Source: Polyangiales bacterium (GTDB taxonomy: Bacteria > Myxococcota_A > Polyangia > Polyangiales > Polyangiaceae). From it: a stretch of 64,000 nucleotides of DNA. The position numbers were made by a program, and so were the translations under genes. The DNA lies in assembly GCA_038231275.1 (NCBI GenBank), contig JBBRLQ010000004.1:224001-288000 (forward strand). The letters run 5' to 3'. The notes beneath the pieces are model-generated. The model ran no database searches, was not told where the DNA came from, and saw nothing but the letters and a program-made list of their open reading frames with translations. This document shows positions 19,454 through 29,015 of the stretch, in pieces (the first letter of the stretch is position 1; each line of letters starts with the position of its first letter).

Positions 19454-19732
19454 ATGGCCGACGAGACCCAAGACCCTCGCAAAGTCCCATACTTGCGGGC
19501 GAGCATGGGGGACTTGTACCGCGCCCGCGAGGTCCCCTCGTGCGACGCGTGCGGCGAGGAGCTCCCGGTCGAGTCGTCCGACGATGGCTTCGGCGTGCGC
19601 GGCAAAGGCATGTACCTGAGCAGCCGCGGTGATGCGGTCCGGTACGAGGACGTGCCGCTTTGCCCCTCGTGCGGCACGGCGATCGCGCTGTCGGCCCTCC
19701 GGCAGTGGGAGAGCGAAGAAGAAGAGGGTTGA
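19454..19732 (+). CDS. Small zinc-finger protein
   Basis: CDAC...CPSC pair, acidic tail, good codon bias, TAAGGT -10-like box upstream. Confidence 0.6.
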   Translation: MADETQDPRKVPYLRASMGDLYRAREVPSCDACGEELPVESSDDGFGVRGKGMYLSSRGDAVRYEDVPLCPSCGTAIALSALRQWESEEEEG

Positions 19733-19760
19733 TCGGCCCGGGCGAGCCTGCGCGAGGCCG

Positions 19761-20552
19761 CTACTGAACTTTCCGATCGTCCTCTTCGAACTCACCGGGC
19801 GGTCGTCGCTCCAGGTGCTCGAGGCACAGCGCGCGAACGGCCGGCGACACGTGCGTCGACTCCGCGACGAGGCGCAGCTCCTGGCGCATCAAGAGACCGG
19901 CGATGGGGCCGCCAATCTCGACGGGCGTGTCCGGGTTCAGGATGACCGTGAGGCGCACGCGCGATCTGTGGATCCATCGGACGCTGCGCGCGATCTCGGC
20001 GAGGACGTCGGGCCGGCACGGGCGCTTCGACGCGAGACGGATCACGTCGTCCTCGGTCACGCGAGGATTGCGGAGGAGCTGGCGGATGACCTCGGGGTGC
20101 GGATCAAGCAGGAGGCGCGCGAGCAGATCGCCGTCTTGCCGCCGCGCGAGGCTCTTGCGCTCACCGAGGGTCAGCGTGCGGCCGCGCCCGTAGTCGGGGA
20201 TGCGATCGTCGTTGGGGTTCGCGGGCAGGATGGCGGCGCGCGGCGACGCGATGAGCGGATGACGCACCAGGCGCTCGAGCGACAAGAGCGACTCGCCGGT
20301 CGCCTCCTCGCGCAAGCGCTGCACGATCTCGCTGGAGCTCGGCGAGTTGAGCGCGTCCACGAGCGACACCAGCACTTCGCGCGCGGGCTCCTCCGCCTGC
20401 TCTGCGGCGTGGCATACGTGATCGAGCGCGCGCGCGAGCTCTGCGACCGGGACGTCGGCGAGCTGGGCGCGCCAATACGCGACCCGCAGCGGCGCGTCGC
20501 ACATGCTGCGCGTGACACGAACCAGGCCTTCCGCGCGCTCCCGGGCGTCCAC
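19761..20552 (-). CDS. Conserved-looking hypothetical helical-repeat protein
   Basis: LLLDPHPEVIRQLLRNPRVTEDDV and VILNPDTP repeats (HEAT/leucine-rich-variant-like); TAAAAT 6 nt upstream of the GTG start. Confidence 0.7.
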   Translation of the reverse strand: MDARERAEGLVRVTRSMCDAPLRVAYWRAQLADVPVAELARALDHVCHAAEQAEEPAREVLVSLVDALNSPSSSEIVQRLREEATGESLLSLERLVRHPLIASPRAAILPANPNDDRIPDYGRGRTLTLGERKSLARRQDGDLLARLLLDPHPEVIRQLLRNPRVTEDDVIRLASKRPCRPDVLAEIARSVRWIHRSRVRLTVILNPDTPVEIGGPIAGLLMRQELRLVAESTHVSPAVRALCLEHLERRPPGEFEEDDRKVQ

Positions 20553-20620
20553 GTGTGGATTTTAGTCCTTTCGCCCTTTGACCGAAACGGGCAAACGGAA
20601 AGTCGCGGTACCATAGGGCT

Positions 20621-22243
20621 GTGAACCCCTACGGTCCGCCGCGTCCTGGCTACGGCCCGCCTTACCCACAAGGTCAGCAGCAACAGCCGCAGCAGCAACA
20701 GCCGCAGCAGCAGCCGCAGGGCTATGGACCGCCGCCCCAACAGCCCCAACACCAGGGCTACGGACCGCCGCTGCAACAACAGCCGCAACAGCCAGGCTAC
20801 GGACCGCCGCAACAACAAGGCTACGGACCGCCGCCCCAACAACAGCCGCAACAACAGCAACAGGGACAGGGACCGCGGCCGGCGATGGCGGCCGGGCCCG
20901 CGTCGAAGCCGCTCGCGCGTCTCCCGCTCCAAATCGGGACAACGAGCACGTGGAGCGCGGCGCGTGCGGCCATCGCGCTTTTCCCAGGCCTCGCGTTGAT
21001 GGCCTGCGGCGTCCTCACCGCGGTCCTCAGCGACGCCAAGGACGACGACGCCCTCAGCCTGACGTTCACGCTCTGGCCGCTCACGCTTGTCCTCGGCCCG
21101 CTCCTCCTCGCCTACGGGTTTTTCCATCTCTACGGCGCGCTCAAGAACCGCGCGAGCGACGTGCTCCTCCACACCGAGGGGCTCGTCGTCGACGGCGGGC
21201 GCCTGCACGGCACGCGGATCGCGTGGGGCGATCTCACGCATCCCTTCGCGCACGTCGAAGAGACGGAGGCGACCCGCCTCGTGATGTGGAAGATGCTCCT
21301 CTTCACGTTGTGGCTCGTGGTCGTCGTGGCGTCCCGCGGTGACGTGCGCGGCTCGATGTCGCCGGTCCAGCGCGTGCGCGTGTGGCGCCTTTGGGTCGTG
21401 CGCGGCGGGCGGCCCGAGATCGTCGCGCAGACCGATCGCGAGATCGAGGCCGACTCGATGCATGCGGCGGCGGCGAGCATCGAGGCGGTGGTGAGCGGCC
21501 GAAAGTACGTCGAGGAGGCGCCGCACGTCGCGACGCAGATCACCGGCTGCCCGCAGTGCGGCGCGCCGGCGATCCCCGACGACGCGCCGCAGGTCTCGTG
21601 CGTGTATTGCCGCGCGTGGGTGCCGCTCCCGCCGCAGGTGCGCGGGCAGGCGGCGGCGGCGAAGGCGATGCAGTCGAGCCGCGCCGTCCACCAGACCATG
21701 ATCCAGAAGCTCGTGCAGCAGCCGAAGGCGGGCCGCTCGAACGGCTGGCTGCTCGTCTTCACGCTCCTCATGTTCGGCGCGTGGCCGCTCGGATGGGGCC
21801 TCGTCGCGTCGCACGCGCTCGCCGACGGGTTTCAGCTCGAGGACGCGGCGTTCCTCCTCTTGCCCTTCGCCGCGGTGCTCGGCGCGTTCTTCCTCGCCCG
21901 CGCGCGCCTGGCCGACCGCGGCGCGCTCCAGATGCTCACGCTCGGGTTCGGCGCGCTCGCGCCGCGTCGTGAGGGAGAGCCATCACGGTGCCGGCGCTGC
22001 CAGGGTCCCCTTCCCGACGCGGGCCTCGGAGGCGTCGCGCAGTGCCGCTACTGCGCCGCCGACAACATCGTGGGCCTCGATCTGCGCCCGAGCGTCGACC
22101 AGGCGCGCGCCGAGCAAGTCACCTTCGACGACGCGCTCAAGAAGCGCTCGAGCGAGAAGATGCTGTGGGCCGCGCTCTCCGTGGTGGCGGTGCTCGCTCT
22201 GCTCGGTTGGATCGGAGGGGTCGTCGCGTACGCTTTTCTCTAG
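20621..22243 (+). CDS. Membrane protein with Gln/Pro-rich N-terminus and zinc ribbons
   Basis: Repeated GYGPP(P)QQ units, several TM helices, CPQC..CVYC and CRRC..CRYC ribbons. Confidence 0.75.
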   Translation: MNPYGPPRPGYGPPYPQGQQQQPQQQQPQQQPQGYGPPPQQPQHQGYGPPLQQQPQQPGYGPPQQQGYGPPPQQQPQQQQQGQGPRPAMAAGPASKPLARLPLQIGTTSTWSAARAAIALFPGLALMACGVLTAVLSDAKDDDALSLTFTLWPLTLVLGPLLLAYGFFHLYGALKNRASDVLLHTEGLVVDGGRLHGTRIAWGDLTHPFAHVEETEATRLVMWKMLLFTLWLVVVVASRGDVRGSMSPVQRVRVWRLWVVRGGRPEIVAQTDREIEADSMHAAAASIEAVVSGRKYVEEAPHVATQITGCPQCGAPAIPDDAPQVSCVYCRAWVPLPPQVRGQAAAAKAMQSSRAVHQTMIQKLVQQPKAGRSNGWLLVFTLLMFGAWPLGWGLVASHALADGFQLEDAAFLLLPFAAVLGAFFLARARLADRGALQMLTLGFGALAPRREGEPSRCRRCQGPLPDAGLGGVAQCRYCAADNIVGLDLRPSVDQARAEQVTFDDALKKRSSEKMLWAALSVVAVLALLGWIGGVVAYAFL

Positions 22244-22244
22244 C

Positions 22245-22265
22245 AGGCTGCTGCAAAAGCAGCCT
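22245..22265. terminator. Stem-loop directly after a stop codon between convergent genes
   Basis: AGGCTGCT-GCAAA-AGCAGCCT, 8-bp stem. Confidence 0.4.
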
Positions 22266-22359
22266 ACCGGAAGGCGCGGGAGCGGTTTTGCGCCAGCGGG
22301 TGGTCTGAAGGCACGCGATCCTCGGGCGACATCAGGCACAGCATCGACGACTGCTTGGT

Positions 22360-23919
22360 CTAGAAGCCCAAGTCGGCAGGCTTGGCGGGCCCCGGCGGCT
22401 TCGCAGGTCCCGGCGGCTTCGCGCCTCCGGGGGAGCCGTTTCCGCCATTTCCGTTGGGCCGCGGCACGGGCGCGTGAGGCGTGCCGCCACCGGCCGCAAC
22501 GACGGGCGGAGGCACGGGCGGCGCCGAGGCCGTCGGAACCGCGCCGGTCCCAGGCGCGGTCGCGACCACCGGCGGATCGATCGGCGGCGGAACGTCGACG
22601 GCAGCCGGCGGCGGACTCGTGGTCGCCGTCGCGACGGCGGCCGTCGTGGTGCCCGCAGTGGCCGGCGCCTTCTTGCCGCCCTTCATCATCATCACGCCGC
22701 CCACACCGATCGCGAGCACGAGCACCGCGCCGCCGATCCCGATCGCGACGCCTGCGCCGCTCTTCTTGGGGACGCCCGCGGCGCCGCCGTTGTACGTCTT
22801 GGCGAGCGGCGCGCCCGTCGTGTTCCCGGACACCCCCTGCGCCATCGGCGCCTGACCCGGGTAAGGCGTCTGCTGCATCATCCCGCCTTGCCCAGCCTGT
22901 CCCCCGTGCTGCGCCGGGTTCGGCGTGGCCAAGAGCGCCGTCTGGTGCGGGTTCGGCGTGTTCGCGAGGAGCGGGTTCCCCGCCGTCGGCATGTTCGGCG
23001 AAACGTTCGGCGCGTTGGGCATCAACGCCGTGCCGCCGATCTGGTTGCGATCCATCACGTCGGTCACCGTCGACTGACCGAGCGTCATGGCGAGCGAGTC
23101 CGCGAACTCCTTCGCCGACTGGTAACGCTTCGACGTGTCGCGATCGGCCGCGCGCGACCACCACCGGTCGAACTGCGGCGGGACGCTCGCGATGTGCGAC
23201 GGCACCGGCACCGGCGCGACGATGATCTTGACGAGCAGATCCCCGAGCGCTTCGCTCTCGAACGGCAGCCGCCCCGTGAGCATCTGGTACACGATGACGG
23301 CGAGCGACCAAAGATCGCTCCGCCAGTCGACGCCCTTTGTCCCCTGGGCCTGCTCCGGGCTCATGTAGTACGGCGTCCCGAGCATCGCGCCGGTCTTCGT
23401 GTTGTTGCCTGTGTCGAGGCCCGTCGTGTTCTTCTTCGCGATCCCGAAGTCGAGGACCTTCACGATCTCCCGATCGTCGTCGCGCACGAGGAAGATGTTG
23501 TCGGGCTTCAGATCGCGGTGGACGATGCCGGCCTGGTGCGCCTTCGTCAGCGCGCGCGCGACCTGCTGGATGATCGTGTTGATCTCCGGCGTCGGCAGCG
23601 TGCGGAGGCGCGTGAGGCGCTTGCCGAGGTCTTCGCCTTCGAGCAGCTCCATCGCGATGTACGGCGTGTTCTCCCAGACGCCGTGATCGAGGATCTGGAC
23701 GACGTGGGGGCTGCGAAGCTGAGCGGCCGCTTTCGCCTCGCGCTCGAAGCGCGCTTGCGCTTCGGCGAGCCCGGCGAACTCTCCCTCGATGAACTTCACC
23801 GCGCACGGGATGTCGAGCCCCAGGTGCGTGGCGTGCCAGACCGAACCCATGCCGCCCCGACCAATGAGGCGGTTCAACTTGAAGCGACCAGCGACGACGA
23901 GATCCTCAACGAGCTGCAT
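22360..23919 (-). CDS. Hanks-type Ser/Thr protein kinase, membrane-anchored
   Basis: GRGGMG, AVK, HRDLKPDN, DFG, GTPYYMSPEQ, TM helix and Pro-rich tail. Confidence 0.95.
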   Translation of the reverse strand: MQLVEDLVVAGRFKLNRLIGRGGMGSVWHATHLGLDIPCAVKFIEGEFAGLAEAQARFEREAKAAAQLRSPHVVQILDHGVWENTPYIAMELLEGEDLGKRLTRLRTLPTPEINTIIQQVARALTKAHQAGIVHRDLKPDNIFLVRDDDREIVKVLDFGIAKKNTTGLDTGNNTKTGAMLGTPYYMSPEQAQGTKGVDWRSDLWSLAVIVYQMLTGRLPFESEALGDLLVKIIVAPVPVPSHIASVPPQFDRWWSRAADRDTSKRYQSAKEFADSLAMTLGQSTVTDVMDRNQIGGTALMPNAPNVSPNMPTAGNPLLANTPNPHQTALLATPNPAQHGGQAGQGGMMQQTPYPGQAPMAQGVSGNTTGAPLAKTYNGGAAGVPKKSGAGVAIGIGGAVLVLAIGVGGVMMMKGGKKAPATAGTTTAAVATATTSPPPAAVDVPPPIDPPVVATAPGTGAVPTASAPPVPPPVVAAGGGTPHAPVPRPNGNGGNGSPGGAKPPGPAKPPGPAKPADLGF

Positions 23920-24180
23920 GGATGGGCTTCCCCCCAGTCTACTAGCGTCAGACTACCTCAATGCGGGCACCGGCATCGAACGGATCGGCACGCCGCCGAT
24001 GCATATTAAGATGAGTACGGAGCAGAGTCGCAAAAGAGAGTATTTTTGTCCGAGAGGGTCCTTCGTGTCGCTGCATGGCGACACATGGTTCCCTCCCCGC
24101 GATGGTGCAGGGATTTCACTTACCTTGCGCTGGCCGCACGATCTGTCTCCACTACGCGCATCACGTAAAGACTCCTGCCC

Positions 24181-24546
24181 ATGCCCAGCAAGCCTCCTGC
24201 CAAACCGCCGAGCAAGGCCATACCCCCTGCCGGCCCTCCCGCCGGCCCGAGCGAGGACGATGACGTCGTCGTCGAAGAACGCCAAAAGACAAGCGTTCCG
24301 AAGCGCTGGCGTGTCGTCTTCCACAACGATGATTACACTTCGATGGAATACGTGGTGACGGCGCTTGTGCAGATCTTTCACAAAAGCGAGGCAGAGGCCT
24401 TCCACTTGATGCTGACCGTGCACAAGAAGGGAAGCGCCTCTGTAGGCCTGTATCCTCGCGACGTCGCCGAGACCAAGGTCGACGTCGTCACGAAACACGC
24501 GAGGGAGCACGGCATGCCGCTCCTCGTCACCGCAGAGCCCGAATGA
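24181..24546 (+). CDS. clpS: ATP-dependent Clp protease adaptor ClpS
   Basis: VVFHNDDYTSMEYVV, MLTVHKKG, DVAETKV; directly upstream of clpA. Confidence 0.95.
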   Translation: MPSKPPAKPPSKAIPPAGPPAGPSEDDDVVVEERQKTSVPKRWRVVFHNDDYTSMEYVVTALVQIFHKSEAEAFHLMLTVHKKGSASVGLYPRDVAETKVDVVTKHAREHGMPLLVTAEPE

Positions 24547-24553
24547 GAGCGTC

Positions 24554-26908
24554 TTGAGCAACAAAGAATCCCCCTCCCCGATCAGCCCGGAAGTCGAAAT
24601 CGCCCTCTCCCTCGCCGCGAACGAAGCGGCGCGAAGGAGGCACGAGTTCGTCACCGTCGAGCACTTGCTCTTCGCGCTCCTCTTCGACGACGCGACCGCG
24701 CTCGTGGTGAAGCACGCCGGCGGAGACGTCTCGCAGCTCAAGAAGAAGCTCGAGGGCTACCTCGACACGGAGCTGGAAGCGCTCGGCGAGGACGGCGGGG
24801 ACACGATCCCGACGGCCACGCTCGCTGTTCAGCGCGCCATTCGCCGATCGATCGGCCACGTTCGGTCGAGCGGCAAGGAACAGGTCAGCGGCGCGAACGT
24901 GCTCGTCGCGATCTTCGCGGAGCGCGACTCGTACGCGGTCAGCCTCCTCGAGGACAACGGCGTCACCCGCCTCGACGTCGTCGCGTACATCGCCCACGGC
25001 GTCAGCAAGATCTCGGATGACGAGAGCACCGGCGAGACCGCCAAGGTCGACGCCGAAGGCGACGGCGCGCGCCCCAACAAGGATCCGCTCAAGGCCTTCT
25101 GCGTGAACCTCAACGAGGAGGCCAAAGAAGGGCGCATCGATCGCCTCATCGGCCGCGCGCGAGAAGTGGACCGCATCATCCAGGTCCTCGCGCGACGGAA
25201 GAAGAACAACCCGCTCCTCGTCGGCGACTCCGGCGTCGGCAAGACCGCCATCGTCCAAGGCCTCGCGCTGCGCATCGAGAACAAAGAGGTGCCGAAGGCG
25301 CTCGAGGGCGCGGTCGTCTACAGCCTCGACATGGGCGCCCTCCTCGCGGGCACGCGCTACCGCGGCGATTTCGAAGAGCGCCTGAAGGGCGTCGTGAAGG
25401 CGCTCCAGAAGCTCGACAACGCCGTGCTCTTCATCGACGAAATCCACACCATCGTCGGCGCCGGCGCCACGAGCGGCGGCAGCATGGACGCGTCCAACTT
25501 GCTGAAGCCCGCGCTCGCGAGCGGCAAGCTTCGCTGCATCGGTTCGACGACGTTCGAGGAGTACCGCACGCACTTCGAGAAGGATCGTGCGCTCTCACGC
25601 CGCTTCCAGCGCGTCGAGGTGCTCGAGCCGAGCCTCGCCGAGACGAAGGAGATCCTGAAGGGCCTCCAGAAGCAGTACGAGGAGTTCCACGGCGTCACCT
25701 ACACCGCCGACGCGATGGAGGCGGCGGCGGTCCTCGCGAGCCGGTACCTCCACGACCGGCGGATGCCCGACAAGGCGATCGACCTCATGGACGAGGCCGG
25801 CGCCGCGGTGAAGCTCTCGATCGGCCCGGGCGCCAAGGTCGAGACCACCGACGTCGAGACGGTCCTCGCGCGCATGGCGCAGATTCCGCCGCGGGAGGTG
25901 TCCAGCAACGACAAGGAGAAGCTCCGGTCGCTCGCCGCCGATCTCAAGGGCAAGGTCTTCGGACAAGAGGACGCGATCGACCAGCTCGCCTCCGCCATCA
26001 AGCTCGCGCGCGCGGGGCTCCGGAGCCCCGAGAAGCCGATCGGCAGCTTCCTCTTCACGGGCCCCACCGGCGTCGGCAAGACCGAGGTCGCCAAGCAGCT
26101 CGCGAAGACCATGGGCATCACCTTCATCCGCTTCGACATGAGCGAGTACATGGAGCGCCACACCGTCTCGCGCCTCATCGGCGCGCCTCCGGGGTACGTG
26201 GGCTTCGATCAGGGCGGCCTCCTCACCGACGCCATCGCGAAGACGCCGCACGCGGTGCTCTTGCTCGACGAGATCGAGAAGGCGCACCCCGACGTGTTCA
26301 ACGTGCTCCTCCAGGTGATGGACCACGGCAAGCTCACCGACAACAACGGCAAAGCCACCGATTTCCGGCACGTCATCTTGCTCATGACGAGCAACGCGGG
26401 CGCGCGGGATTTGCAAAAGAAGCAGGTCGGCTTCGGCGAGTCGCGCGTCAGCGGGGACGCCGAGCGCGAGTACAAGAACCTGTTCAGCCCCGAGTTCCGA
26501 AACCGCCTCGACGCCCGCATCCGCTTCGCGCCGCTGTCGCCGCCGATCATGGCGAGCATCGTCGACAAATTCCTGGGCGAGCTCGAGACACAGCTCGAGG
26601 AGCGCAAGGTCACCATCTCGGTCACCGCCGCCGGCAAGGCCCTGCTCGCCGAGAAGGGCTACGATCCGGACTTCGGCGCCCGCCCGCTCGCGCGCGTCAT
26701 CCAAGACGACATCAAGCGGCCGCTCGGGGACGAGCTCCTCTTCGGCGCGCTCGAGCACGGCGGCGAGGTGAAGCTCGACGTGGCGCCCGACAACGAGGGC
26801 AAGCCGCTCGAAGACAAGAAGCTGGTCTTCGCGTTCACGTCCGCGCCTCCCCCTCCCGCACCGGAGAGCGAGCCGGAAGAGAAGGCTCCTGCGAGCCAGC
26901 TGAATTGA
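24554..26908 (+). CDS. clpA: ATP-dependent Clp protease ATP-binding subunit ClpA
   Basis: Clp N-domain (HEFVTVEHLL), two AAA modules (GDSGVGKT, GPTGVGKT), VGF loop, no ClpB middle domain. Confidence 0.95.
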   Translation: MSNKESPSPISPEVEIALSLAANEAARRRHEFVTVEHLLFALLFDDATALVVKHAGGDVSQLKKKLEGYLDTELEALGEDGGDTIPTATLAVQRAIRRSIGHVRSSGKEQVSGANVLVAIFAERDSYAVSLLEDNGVTRLDVVAYIAHGVSKISDDESTGETAKVDAEGDGARPNKDPLKAFCVNLNEEAKEGRIDRLIGRAREVDRIIQVLARRKKNNPLLVGDSGVGKTAIVQGLALRIENKEVPKALEGAVVYSLDMGALLAGTRYRGDFEERLKGVVKALQKLDNAVLFIDEIHTIVGAGATSGGSMDASNLLKPALASGKLRCIGSTTFEEYRTHFEKDRALSRRFQRVEVLEPSLAETKEILKGLQKQYEEFHGVTYTADAMEAAAVLASRYLHDRRMPDKAIDLMDEAGAAVKLSIGPGAKVETTDVETVLARMAQIPPREVSSNDKEKLRSLAADLKGKVFGQEDAIDQLASAIKLARAGLRSPEKPIGSFLFTGPTGVGKTEVAKQLAKTMGITFIRFDMSEYMERHTVSRLIGAPPGYVGFDQGGLLTDAIAKTPHAVLLLDEIEKAHPDVFNVLLQVMDHGKLTDNNGKATDFRHVILLMTSNAGARDLQKKQVGFGESRVSGDAEREYKNLFSPEFRNRLDARIRFAPLSPPIMASIVDKFLGELETQLEERKVTISVTAAGKALLAEKGYDPDFGARPLARVIQDDIKRPLGDELLFGALEHGGEVKLDVAPDNEGKPLEDKKLVFAFTSAPPPPAPESEPEEKAPASQLN

Positions 26909-26927
26909 ATGAGGTAGTGTCATCGCC

Positions 26928-27374
26928 ATGAGCGACATCAAAGAGATCCTCGTGCCGGTCGACTTCACGCCCACGAGCGAGCATGCGCTCGACTACGCGA
27001 TCGAGTTCGCGAAGAAGCTCGGCGCGAAAATCACGCTCCTCCACGCGTACGAGCTACCGATCTACGGCTTCCCCGACGGCGCCCTCGTGGCGTCGGCGGA
27101 GGTGGCCGGACGCATCCTGGCGAGCGCGCAGGCAGGCCTGAACGCGACGGTCGAGAAGAACAAGGGCCGCGGCGTCGAGCTGCGCCTCCTCCTTCGCGAT
27201 GGTCCGCCAGCCCACGAGATCGCGGCTGTGGCGAAGGAGCTCCACGTCGATCTCGTGATCCTCGGGACGCACGGACGCACGGGCCTCCGTCGCGCGATCA
27301 TGGGGAGCGTCGCCGAGGAGGTCATCCGCGCCTGCGAATGCCCGGTCCTCGCGCTCCACGACGCCAAGAAGTAG
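26928..27374 (+). CDS. Universal stress protein
   Basis: ILVPVDF, DLVILGTHGRTG...GSVAEEVIR.CECPVL. Confidence 0.93.
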   Translation: MSDIKEILVPVDFTPTSEHALDYAIEFAKKLGAKITLLHAYELPIYGFPDGALVASAEVAGRILASAQAGLNATVEKNKGRGVELRLLLRDGPPAHEIAAVAKELHVDLVILGTHGRTGLRRAIMGSVAEEVIRACECPVLALHDAKK

Positions 27375-27376
27375 CG

Positions 27377-27396
27377 TACTGGCCATTCGTTCAGTA
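27377..27396. promoter_or_regulatory. LexA-like (SOS) box overlapping the -10 of the radical SAM gene
   Basis: TACTG-GCCATTCGTT-CAGTA palindrome (CTG-N10-CAG) containing GTTCAG; abuts TATGCT at 27395-27400. Confidence 0.6.
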
Positions 27397-27406
27397 TGCT
27401 CACGGA

Positions 27407-28537
27407 GTGAAGCTCCACCCCGTCGACAACCCGCCGAACCCCTGGGCCACCACCGACATCGAGTACCTCGGCGGTGAGGTGCCCAACGCCGATCTCGTCG
27501 TGCTCGAGGATCACTCGCGCGAGATCCTCTCGAAGAACACGAGCCCCGACGTCCCGTTCACGTGGAGCGTGAACCCGTACCGCGGCTGCTTTCACGCGTG
27601 CGCCTACTGCTACGCGCGCCCCTCGCACGAGTACTTGAGCCTCGGCGCCGGCACCGACTTCGAGCGGAAGATCGTCATCAAGCCCGAGGCGCCCGCGCTG
27701 CTGAGGGAGGCGTTCGAGCGGCGCTCGTGGAAGGGCGAGCTCGTCGCGTTCAGCGGCGTCACCGACTGCTACCAACCCCTCGAGGCGAGCTACGGCCTGA
27801 CGCGCGGCTGCCTCGAGGTATGTGTAGAATACAAGAACCCTGCGTCGGTGATCACCAAGTCGCCGCTCGTCGAGCGCGACGCGGATCTCCTCGCCGAGCT
27901 CGTGAGGGTCGCGCACTGCCACGTGAGCGTCAGCATCCCCTTCTGGTCGGAGGCAAACGCGCGCGCGATCGAGCCGTTCGTCACGACGCCGGCGCGCCGG
28001 ATGCGCATCCTGGAGCGCCTCGCGGCCAAGGGCATCCCCGTCGGCGTGATGGTGGCGCCGGTCATTCCGGGCCTCAACGACGCGGACATCGCCACGATCC
28101 TCGAGCGCGCGAAGGACGCGGGGGCCACGTACGCGGGGATGGTGCTGCTGCGCCTGCCGGGGGCAGTGAAGGAGGTGTTCGAGGCGCGCGTCCGCACGGC
28201 GCTCCCGCTGCGCGCCGAGCGCATCTTGCGGCGCGTGCGGGAGACGCGCGGGGGCAGCATGTATGATGCACGCTTCGGGGTTCGCCAGAAGGGCGAGGGA
28301 CCGTACGCCGACGCCATCGGCGCGCTCTTCGATTCGACGGCGACGCGGCTCGGCCTTCAGACCCGCGCCGAGTGGAGCGAAGCGCCGCGGAGCGGAACGC
28401 TCCTGAAGGAAAGGCCTGACCGGCTTTTCCGGTCAGGCCCGGAGCGGCGCGAGATGCCTGCCGAGGCGGAGGCGAGCAAAGAGCGGCCGGCCACGTTCGA
28501 GCGGCCGGCGCGTGGGGGACAGATGCGATTGTTTTAA
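27407..28537 (+). CDS. PA0069/SplB-like radical SAM protein (putative DNA repair)
   Basis: NPYRGCFHACAYCYARP, TDCYQP.E, ITKS.LV.RD, APVIPGLND; start re-assigned to GTG 27407. Confidence 0.9.
   Translation: MKLHPVDNPPNPWATTDIEYLGGEVPNADLVVLEDHSREILSKNTSPDVPFTWSVNPYRGCFHACAYCYARPSHEYLSLGAGTDFERKIVIKPEAPALLREAFERRSWKGELVAFSGVTDCYQPLEASYGLTRGCLEVCVEYKNPASVITKSPLVERDADLLAELVRVAHCHVSVSIPFWSEANARAIEPFVTTPARRMRILERLAAKGIPVGVMVAPVIPGLNDADIATILERAKDAGATYAGMVLLRLPGAVKEVFEARVRTALPLRAERILRRVRETRGGSMYDARFGVRQKGEGPYADAIGALFDSTATRLGLQTRAEWSEAPRSGTLLKERPDRLFRSGPERREMPAEAEASKERPATFERPARGGQMRLF
28389..28446. repeat. Palindromic element inside the 3' end of the radical SAM CDS
   Basis: GGCCTGACCGG-CTTTT-CCGGTCAGGCC (28413-28439), a perfect 11-bp stem, flanked by GGAGCG / CGCTCC / GGAGCG. 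Confidence 0.55.
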
Positions 28538-28642
28538 GGGTAGTGTTTGCGTGGTTGGAGGTGCGGTGATGCAGCGCCAACGACCACTCATCTGCTTCGG
28601 CCGCGCTGGACGCCTTCGCCCAACCCTCTATCGTGAGCACCG

Positions 28643-28975
28643 ATGGATGATTTCGAGCAGCTCGCGAATCGGGTCAACGACACCGATCTCCAGTGGTGGC
28701 CCTTCCTCTTTCTGCGGCCGGAGCCGCACTGCAAGCTGTCTCGCGCGCGCGTCTTCGCGCTCGCCGCGCTCTATGGCGTGTTCGGCGGGATGCTGGCGAA
28801 CGCGCTCCTCTCGCTGACCGGCCACTCGCGCGGCGTGCACCTCGCGGTCCTGCCTGCCGCCGCTCCCATGGTCTTGTTCGTCACCTTCCGATGGACCAGC
28901 GCGTGGGCGTGGAACCGCCGCGCCGACCGCCTCGCACCGACTCCATACGCACAAAAGCCCCGCGACGCCGGGTAG
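28643..28975 (+). CDS. Small hypothetical membrane protein
   Basis: Two TM segments, WWPFLFLRP and AWNRRA motifs, TATCGT box upstream. Confidence 0.6.
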   Translation: MDDFEQLANRVNDTDLQWWPFLFLRPEPHCKLSRARVFALAALYGVFGGMLANALLSLTGHSRGVHLAVLPAAAPMVLFVTFRWTSAWAWNRRADRLAPTPYAQKPRDAG

Positions 28976-29015
28976 TCCGTCGTCGCAGGGCTTGCGTCTG
29001 GCGAAGTCGCCTATT

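Noticed and set aside
24065-24084. GTGTCGC-N6-GCGACAC inverted repeat upstream of clpS
   Set aside because: Only 7 bp, GC-rich, and not matching CIRCE or another operator I recognise; could be chance.
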